Shown: in pieces, positions 26,385 to 32,000 of the stretch
Position numbering within the stretch: the first letter of the stretch is position 1
Layout of the letters: the number at the start of each line of letters is the position of its first letter
Source of the DNA: Candidatus Karelsulcia muelleri
Lineage (GTDB): Bacteria; Bacteroidota; Bacteroidia; Flavobacteriales; Blattabacteriaceae
Reading direction: 5' to 3'
NCBI RefSeq assembly: GCF_016888765.1
Contig: NZ_CP069423.1
Span: forward strand, 1-32,000
Length of the DNA stretch: 32,000 bases
Notes under the pieces: generated by a model
Databases searched by the model: none
Told to the model about the DNA's origin: nothing
Seen by the model: only the letters and a program-made list of their open reading frames with translations
Made by a program: the position numbers and the translations under genes

Positions 26385-27233
26385 ATGAATATTAATAAAA
26401 ATAAACCAATTTGGTTAAAAGTTAGATTTCCGATTGGAGGAAAGTATGATAATATTAATAATTTCCTTTTAAAAGAAAGCTTAAATACAATTTGTAAAAG
26501 TAGTGATTGTCCTAATCTTGGAACTTGTTGGAAAAATGGAGTGTTAAGTTTTCTTTTATTAGGAAATATATGTACTAGATCTTGCAAATTTTGTGCGATA
26601 AAAACTGGAAAACCTAAAAAAATCAAGGTGTTAGAACCTTACAAAATTGCAAAGACAGTCAAAACAATGGAAATTAAACACGTTGTTTTGACTTCTGTTA
26701 ATAGAGATGATTTAAAAGATATGGGAATAAAAATATGGCTTAAAACAATAAGAGAAATTAAAAAAATCTCTACTTCGACTATAGAAGCATTAATACCAGA
26801 TTTTAAAGGGCATAAAAACAAAATTGCCCTAATAATTAAGGAACACCCAGAAATTATTTCTCATAACCTAGAAACTGTACCTAGATTAACCAAAACAGTA
26901 CGCATTCAAGCTAAATATGATAGAAGCTTATCTATTTTAAAATATATCAAAACAAAAAGTGACATAAGAACTAAAACTGGTATTATGCTAGGATTAGGTG
27001 AAACCGAAGTAGAAGTAATAAATACTTTTAAAGATATTAGAAAAGCCAAGATTGAGATCTTAACAATAGGTCAATATATAGCCCCCACTTTAACACATTA
27101 CCCAGTTCAAAGCTTTATTACGCCTCAGAAATTTAAATACTACAAAAATATAGCATTAGATATGGGCTTTTTATATGTTGAAAGCAATCCTTTAGTTAGA
27201 AGTTCTTATAATGCCTATAAACATATTCTTTAA
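26385..27233 (+). CDS. lipA: Lipoyl synthase
   Basis: 282-aa ORF with the auxiliary-cluster motif CKSSDCPNLGTC (Cx4Cx5C) and the radical-SAM motif CTRSCKFC (Cx3Cx2C), plus the C-terminal VRSSY. Confidence 0.95.
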   Translation: MNINKNKPIWLKVRFPIGGKYDNINNFLLKESLNTICKSSDCPNLGTCWKNGVLSFLLLGNICTRSCKFCAIKTGKPKKIKVLEPYKIAKTVKTMEIKHVVLTSVNRDDLKDMGIKIWLKTIREIKKISTSTIEALIPDFKGHKNKIALIIKEHPEIISHNLETVPRLTKTVRIQAKYDRSLSILKYIKTKSDIRTKTGIMLGLGETEVEVINTFKDIRKAKIEILTIGQYIAPTLTHYPVQSFITPQKFKYYKNIALDMGFLYVESNPLVRSSYNAYKHIL

Positions 27234-27283
27234 GCAAGCTTTCCCAACTGCTTTTTCTTTGTTAATATCTAACAGTTTAAACT

Positions 27284-28591
27284 ATGAAAAAAAGAATTTC
27301 TATAGTAGGCCATCCTAATGTAGGCAAATCTACCCTTTTTAATTATTTAGCAGGCTACCAGAAAGCAATTACTCATTATTCGAGTGGAGTTACCAGAGAT
27401 AGGATATATTGTGAGTGTAAATGGAAAGGGAATAAGTTTACTCTGATAGATTCTGGAGGATATGTAATTGGAAAGAAAGCTTTACAAATTAAAATATGTG
27501 AGCAATTTTTATTTGCTATTGAAGAATCAACCGATGTAATCTTTGTAATAGATATTTTATCTGGAATATTGCCTATAGATTATAATATATCTAATATCTT
27601 ACAAAGATCAAAACAAAAAGTTTTTATAGCTATTAATAAAATTGATCAATATAAATCATATCTTTATGAAACACAAAATATTTTAAAATTAGGATTTAAG
27701 GATTATTTTTTTTTATCTTGTTATACTGGACAAGGGATTAACGAATTATTAAATTCTATTTTTTCTAATAAAACAGAAATATTAATTAAATTAAAAACTT
27801 CCAATCTGCCTAGAATTACTTTAGTAGGCAGGAAAAATGTAGGCAAGTCATCTTTAATTAATACCTTATTAAATAAAAATCAAAGCATAGTCTGTGATCT
27901 TCCAGGGACTACTAGGGATTGTATAGAAGTAATTTCTAATAAATTTAATTTTAAATGTATTTTGATTGATACTGCTGGGATAATAAAACAGAAAAGAAAA
28001 AAGGCAGATCTCGAATACTTTTCATTTCTTAGAACGACTCAAGCAATTTCCAATTCTGACTTATGTTTTTTAATAATAGATCCTAAAATAGGGTTTCAAA
28101 AACAAGATATAAAGATCTTTCAAATTATTAAAAAGAACTTTAAAGGTATTATTATATTAATTAATAAATGTGATCTTATTAAGAAGAAGAGTATTTTACA
28201 AAATTTGAAACAAAATATTATTAAAAAAATTTATCCATTTACAGATCTGCCAATATATTTCACCTCTAATTTTTCAAAACAAAATATTATTAAAGCTTTT
28301 AAGCAAGCAATAAGTATAATAAAAAAGCAAAAACAAAAAATAAATACAAGTTATTTTAATAAAATTATGCTTCCGATATTAAAAAAAAAAACAATAAATT
28401 TAAGTAATGGTAGAAATCTTTCTATAAAATATTGCGTCCCAATTTTAAAAAAAGGTATTAAGAAATTCATTTTTTTTAGCAATAATCCTAAACTTATTCC
28501 TAGGTCTTATAAAAGATTTCTAGAAAAAAAAATAAGGTCTAATTTTGATCTAATTGGAATCCCGATTAAAATTAAATTTAAAACAAAATAA
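27284..28591 (+). CDS. der: Ribosome-biogenesis GTPase Der (EngA), tandem G domains
   Basis: 435-aa ORF with two P-loops, GHPNVGKSTLFN and GRKNVGKSSLIN. Each is followed by DSGG/DTAG and NK.D motifs. Confidence 0.9.
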   Translation: MKKRISIVGHPNVGKSTLFNYLAGYQKAITHYSSGVTRDRIYCECKWKGNKFTLIDSGGYVIGKKALQIKICEQFLFAIEESTDVIFVIDILSGILPIDYNISNILQRSKQKVFIAINKIDQYKSYLYETQNILKLGFKDYFFLSCYTGQGINELLNSIFSNKTEILIKLKTSNLPRITLVGRKNVGKSSLINTLLNKNQSIVCDLPGTTRDCIEVISNKFNFKCILIDTAGIIKQKRKKADLEYFSFLRTTQAISNSDLCFLIIDPKIGFQKQDIKIFQIIKKNFKGIIILINKCDLIKKKSILQNLKQNIIKKIYPFTDLPIYFTSNFSKQNIIKAFKQAISIIKKQKQKINTSYFNKIMLPILKKKTINLSNGRNLSIKYCVPILKKGIKKFIFFSNNPKLIPRSYKRFLEKKIRSNFDLIGIPIKIKFKTK

Positions 28592-28816
28592 TTCTGTCTG
28601 AGCTCTAGGAATAAAATAATTTATTCAAACTATAAACACCCAGTGAGGCCTTAAAGATCTTATCTTCTTATAAAGAGGGATAAAAAAGAGATGCTTTTAC
28701 TAAAAGTATACAGAATTAATAAGATCGTACCTAATTAAATTGATTTTAAAATAATAATTTAACTATTAACTAAATATAAAATAAAGTTTATATTAATAAG
28801 TATATATACAAAAATA

Positions 28817-30079
28817 ATGAAAACAGAAAAGAAAAAAGCTTTATCCTATCATAGGAAATATCCAGCTGGAAAAATTAAAATAATTCCAAGTAAAAAATTT
28901 TACTCCCCTAAATATTTATCTTATGCTTATTCACCAGGAGTAGCCGAACCATGTAAAGAAATAATTAAGAATAAAAACAAAGTATATAAATACACAAATA
29001 AAAACAACTTAGTGGGAGTTATTACTAATGGGACGGCTGTCTTAAGTTTAGGTGATATTGGACCAAAAGCATCTAAACCAGTAATGGAAGGAAAAGCATT
29101 ATTATTTAAAATTTTTGCTGATATAGATGTTTTTGATTTAGAAATTAAGGAAAAAGACCCCAAAAAGTTTATTGAAATTGTAAAATCAATTTCCTCTACC
29201 TTTGGAGGTATAAATTTAGAAGATATTAAATCTCCTGAAGCTTTCCAAATAGAAAAAGAATTAAAAAAAATAAAGATTCCAGTAATGCATGATGATCAAC
29301 ATGGAACTGCAATAATTTCCGGTGCGGCATTAATTAATGCTTTAGAATTAGTAAATAAAAAAATAGAAAATATTAAAATGGTTATTAATGGGGCGGGTGC
29401 GGCTGCCATTTCTTGTGGCAGAATTTATAAGAAACTTGGGGTTAAACACATTTTTATGTGTGATAGTCACGGAGTACTAAATAATAGTAGAACAAATTTG
29501 ACAAAAGAAAAATTAGAATTTTGTGTTAAAACTTCTTATACAAAATTAGAAGAAATAATTATCAATTCTGATGTATTTATTGGTTTATCTGTTGGGAATA
29601 TATTAACAAAAAAAATGTTAAGGAGTATGTCGAGGAACCCTATAATATTTGCTTTAGCAAATCCAAATCCAGAAATTAAATACCACAAAGCTCTAAAAAC
29701 ACGTTCAGATATTATTATAGCAACTGGTAGAAGTGATTATCCAAATCAAGTAAATAATGCTTTATGTTTTCCTTATATCTTTAGAGGAGCTTTAGATGTT
29801 AAGGCAACCTCAATAAATGAAGACATGAAATTAGCAGCTCTCTATGCACTAGCTAAGATAGCTAAAGAACCTGTACCTAAAAAAATAAGTCTTCTATATA
29901 ATGAAAACAAGCTTAAATTTGGGAAAAATTATATAATTCCTAAACCATTTGATCCTCGGCTTATGGTAAACGTGTCTATTGCTGTTGCCAAGGCTGCCAT
30001 TAAATCAGGTGTAGCTAAAAAGAAAATAAATAATTGGAAAAAATATTTTGCTGAATTAAAAAGTAGAATCATTATTTAA
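28817..30079 (+). CDS. maeB: NAD(P)-dependent malic enzyme (catalytic domains only, about 420 aa)
   Basis: Contains YSPGVAEPC, VGVITNGTAVLSLGDIGP.ASKPVMEGKALLFK, FGGINLEDI and HDDQHGTAII. The Rossmann motif is INGAGAAAISC, and ANPNPEI is also present. Confidence 0.85.
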   Translation: MKTEKKKALSYHRKYPAGKIKIIPSKKFYSPKYLSYAYSPGVAEPCKEIIKNKNKVYKYTNKNNLVGVITNGTAVLSLGDIGPKASKPVMEGKALLFKIFADIDVFDLEIKEKDPKKFIEIVKSISSTFGGINLEDIKSPEAFQIEKELKKIKIPVMHDDQHGTAIISGAALINALELVNKKIENIKMVINGAGAAAISCGRIYKKLGVKHIFMCDSHGVLNNSRTNLTKEKLEFCVKTSYTKLEEIIINSDVFIGLSVGNILTKKMLRSMSRNPIIFALANPNPEIKYHKALKTRSDIIIATGRSDYPNQVNNALCFPYIFRGALDVKATSINEDMKLAALYALAKIAKEPVPKKISLLYNENKLKFGKNYIIPKPFDPRLMVNVSIAVAKAAIKSGVAKKKINNWKKYFAELKSRIII

Positions 30080-30091
30080 TTAATTAATTCT

Positions 30092-30172
30092 GGAGAGTTG
30101 CCGGAGTGGTTAACGGAGCAGTTTGCTAAACTGTAGGTTTTTACCTCGTGAGTTCAAATCTCACACTCTCCG
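30092..30172 (+). tRNA. tRNA-Ser (GCT), class II
   Basis: GGAGAGT TG CCGGAGTGGTTAACGG A GCAGT TTGCTAA ACTGT AGGTTTTTACCTC GTGAG TTCAAAT CTCAC ACTCTCC G. Confidence 0.9.
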
Positions 30173-30179
30173 TAAGTTA

Positions 30180-30254
30180 CGGGATGTGGCGTAGAAAGGT
30201 TATCGCACCTGGTTTGGGACCAGGAGGTCATAGGTTCGAATCCTATCATCCCGA
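30180..30254 (+). tRNA. tRNA-Pro (TGG)
   Basis: CGGGATG TG GCGT AGAAAGGTTA TCGC A CCTGG TTTGGGA CCAGG AGGTC ATAGG TTCGAAT CCTAT CATCCCG A. Confidence 0.9.
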
Positions 30255-30257
30255 TAG

Positions 30258-30330
30258 GGTCACATAGCTCAATGGATAGAGCAAGTGCCTTCTAAGCAGT
30301 AGGTTGCTGGTTCAAATCCAGCTGTGATCA
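30258..30330 (+). tRNA. tRNA-Arg (TCT)
   Basis: GGTCACA TA GCTC AATGGATA GAGC A AGTGC CTTCTAA GCAGT AGGTT GCTGG TTCAAAT CCAGC TGTGATC A. There is one G/G mismatch in the anticodon stem. The 3' end overlaps the convergent glyQS stop codon by 3 nt. Confidence 0.85.
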
Positions 30331-31776
30331 TATAAGTAACTTAAAAAGTTGATTCATACTGGTTTCTTTTTTAATTTCCCTCTTTAAATCTTTAATTAAT
30401 ACCCTTTTTTGCAACATTTTATCTCTAAATCTCAGAGTTACACATTTATCTTTTAAAGTTTTGAAATCTATTGTTACACAAATTGGAGTCCCTATAGCAT
30501 CTTGTCTTCTATATCTCTTACCAATAGAATCATTTTCTTCATAGCTTAAAAGAAAATATAATTTCAAGTTTTTATAAATCTCTTTGGCATAAAAAATTAA
30601 CCTTTTGTCTCGTATTAAAGGAAATATAGCCGCTTTAATTGGTGCTAAAGCAGGATTAATTTTTAATATAATTCTTTCTTTTTTTGTGTCTTTAATTGTT
30701 TCCTTTTTTAAAGCAGCAGAAAAAACTGCTAAAAACATCCTATCTAGTCCAATAGAAGTTTCTATTATATATGGAATATAAAATTTGTTTTTTTCTTTAT
30801 CAAAAACTCGAAATCTTTTTTTGCTATATTTTTCATGATTTTTAAGATCGAAATTTGTTCTTGAATGAATCCCTTCTAATTCTTTAAAACCAAAAGGAAA
30901 TTTAAATTGAATATCATATGCCTTTTTAGCATAATGTGCTAATTGTTCATGTTCATAAAATATATATTTTTTTTCACCTAAACCTAGGGATAAATGCCAT
31001 TTTAAACGTTTTTTTTTCCAGTATTCCAACCATTTCTCTTCCTGTTTAGGAGGAATAAAAAATTGCATTTCCATTTGTTCAAATTCTCGCATTCTAAAAA
31101 GAAATTGTCTAGCTATTATTTCCTTTCTAAACACTTTTCCTATTTGAGCTATACCAAATGGTATTTTAATTTTACTAGTATTTAGGACATTTAAAAAATT
31201 GGTAATAATTCCTTGTGCTGTTTCTGGACGTAAATAAAAATTTTTATGTTCTTTTAATGGTATTTTGAACATTAAATTATACTCATATATTTTAGTCCAT
31301 TTATTTAAAATTTTATTTATTTTAATTTTATTTATTAATATTAATATTTTATAGTTTTCATTTAGTTGAAATTTTTTATATATATATTTTCTAAGTTTAT
31401 TTTTAAGCTGTTTTTCTTTATTTCTAAGCTGTTTTTCTTTAAAATAAATGTCGATTAAGAAATCAAGTCGGTAACTAGATTTAGTATCTTCATTATATAA
31501 AAAGATTTCTTTGAATTTAGAAACATGACCTGAAGCTTTCCAGATATTAGGATGCATTAATATACTAGTATCCAATCCAATTATATTTTCATTAATTTGT
31601 ATCATTGATTTCCACCAGTATTCTTTAATATTATTTTTTAAATAGATTCCATATTGACCATAATCATAAATCGCATTTATGCCATCATAGATTTCACTAC
31701 TAGGAAAAACAAAGCCATATTGTTTTGCATGTGATACAATTTCTTTAAAAGAAATTTTCTTATTTTTATTTTTCAT
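30328..31776 (-). CDS. glyQS: Glycyl-tRNA synthetase (alpha2 dimer type)
   Basis: 482-aa ORF with [23 protein letters not shown]...WW, the class II motif 2 [25 protein letters not shown], and the motif 3 region ETSIGLDR. Confidence 0.9.
   Translation of the reverse strand: MKNKNKKISFKEIVSHAKQYGFVFPSSEIYDGINAIYDYGQYGIYLKNNIKEYWWKSMIQINENIIGLDTSILMHPNIWKASGHVSKFKEIFLYNEDTKSSYRLDFLIDIYFKEKQLRNKEKQLKNKLRKYIYKKFQLNENYKILILINKIKINKILNKWTKIYEYNLMFKIPLKEHKNFYLRPETAQGIITNFLNVLNTSKIKIPFGIAQIGKVFRKEIIARQFLFRMREFEQMEMQFFIPPKQEEKWLEYWKKKRLKWHLSLGLGEKKYIFYEHEQLAHYAKKAYDIQFKFPFGFKELEGIHSRTNFDLKNHEKYSKKRFRVFDKEKNKFYIPYIIETSIGLDRMFLAVFSAALKKETIKDTKKERIILKINPALAPIKAAIFPLIRDKRLIFYAKEIYKNLKLYFLLSYEENDSIGKRYRRQDAIGTPICVTIDFKTLKDKCVTLRFRDKMLQKRVLIKDLKREIKKETSMNQLFKLLI
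31404..31445. repeat. Approximately 21-bp tandem duplication inside glyQS, in frame ([14 protein letters not shown])
   Basis: taagctgtttttctttatttc at 31404-31424 is followed by taagctgtttttctttaaaat at 31425-31445. The first 17 nt are identical. Confidence 0.85.
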
Positions 31777-31975
31777 GATTTTTATTTTTATACTTTTTTA
31801 TACAATTAACTGGACAGACTGCCACACATTGAGGCTTTTCAGATTTCCCAATACATTCAGTACATTTCTCTGGTACTATAAAATACCTATTCTCTTTACT
31901 TTCATAAATTGCATTATTTGGACATTCTAATTCACAAGCTCCACAATTTATACATTCATTAGTAATTTTATACAT
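31766..31975 (-). CDS. fdx: 2x[4Fe-4S] ferredoxin
   Basis: 69-aa ORF with [12 protein letters not shown] and [18 protein letters not shown]. It overlaps the glyQS start by 11 nt. The frame stays open upstream to the window edge, so the true start may lie outside the window. Confidence 0.85.
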   Translation of the reverse strand: MYKITNECINCGACELECPNNAIYESKENRYFIVPEKCTECIGKSEKPQCVAVCPVNCIKKYKNKNHEK

Positions 31976-32000
31976 TCCATTACATTCATTAGTAATTTTA
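31951..32000. repeat. Direct repeat with 30-bp period at the ferredoxin 5' end (20 nt identical), truncated by the window edge
   Basis: tacattcattagtaatttta occurs at 31951-31970 and again at 31981-32000. On the minus strand this reads in frame ..[18 protein letters not shown].. Confidence 0.9.

Overview
This window is very AT-rich (roughly 20-25% G+C by eye, not computed) and extremely gene-dense. I count about 44 genes. Most spacers are under 100 bp, and several junctions abut or overlap as ATGA.

It reads as core housekeeping genome of a strongly reduced Bacteroidota (Flavobacteriales-type, Sulcia-like) insect endosymbiont. That organism call is inference from four things: a tmRNA tag ending NYSLAA, a 29-aa bS22/THX-class basic peptide, a long type-2 IleRS, and GlnRS plus AsnRS with a COG1579-like ORF.

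Contents:
- Seven aminoacyl-tRNA synthetases: valS, ileS, glnS, gltX, asnS, trpS, glyQS.
- Ribosomal proteins: S1, L25, L9, S18, S6, L27, L21 and a small basic peptide.
- Translation factors and modifiers: prfA, frr, rsmA, mnmG, ybeY, rsfS, der.
- Replication and transcription: dnaN, holB, rho.
- A small retained metabolic set: lipB, lipA, a malic enzyme and a 2x[4Fe-4S] ferredoxin.
- Eight tRNAs and a minimal tmRNA.

The genetic code looks standard, with UGA used as stop. I see no mobile element, CRISPR array, defence, toxin or secretion locus, and I cannot honestly point to a novel multi-gene system.

What is unusual is small-scale:
1. The 3' end of the initiator tRNA gene is tandemly repeated 2.75 times.
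2. Several other perfect short tandem duplications sit at gene termini or in frame inside genes (valS stop, prfA, holB stop, glyQS, ferredoxin start).
3. A 47-codon relic of lepA is present.
4. A decayed tRNA-Leu paralogue lies next to an intact tRNA-Leu.
5. The only uncharacterised ORF is a coiled-coil plus zinc-ribbon-like protein with no cysteine at all.
6. A ~257-nt tmRNA is wedged between ribosomal-protein genes with 1-nt and 15-nt spacers.

All coordinates of RNAs, repeats and relics were derived by hand from the printed sequence.
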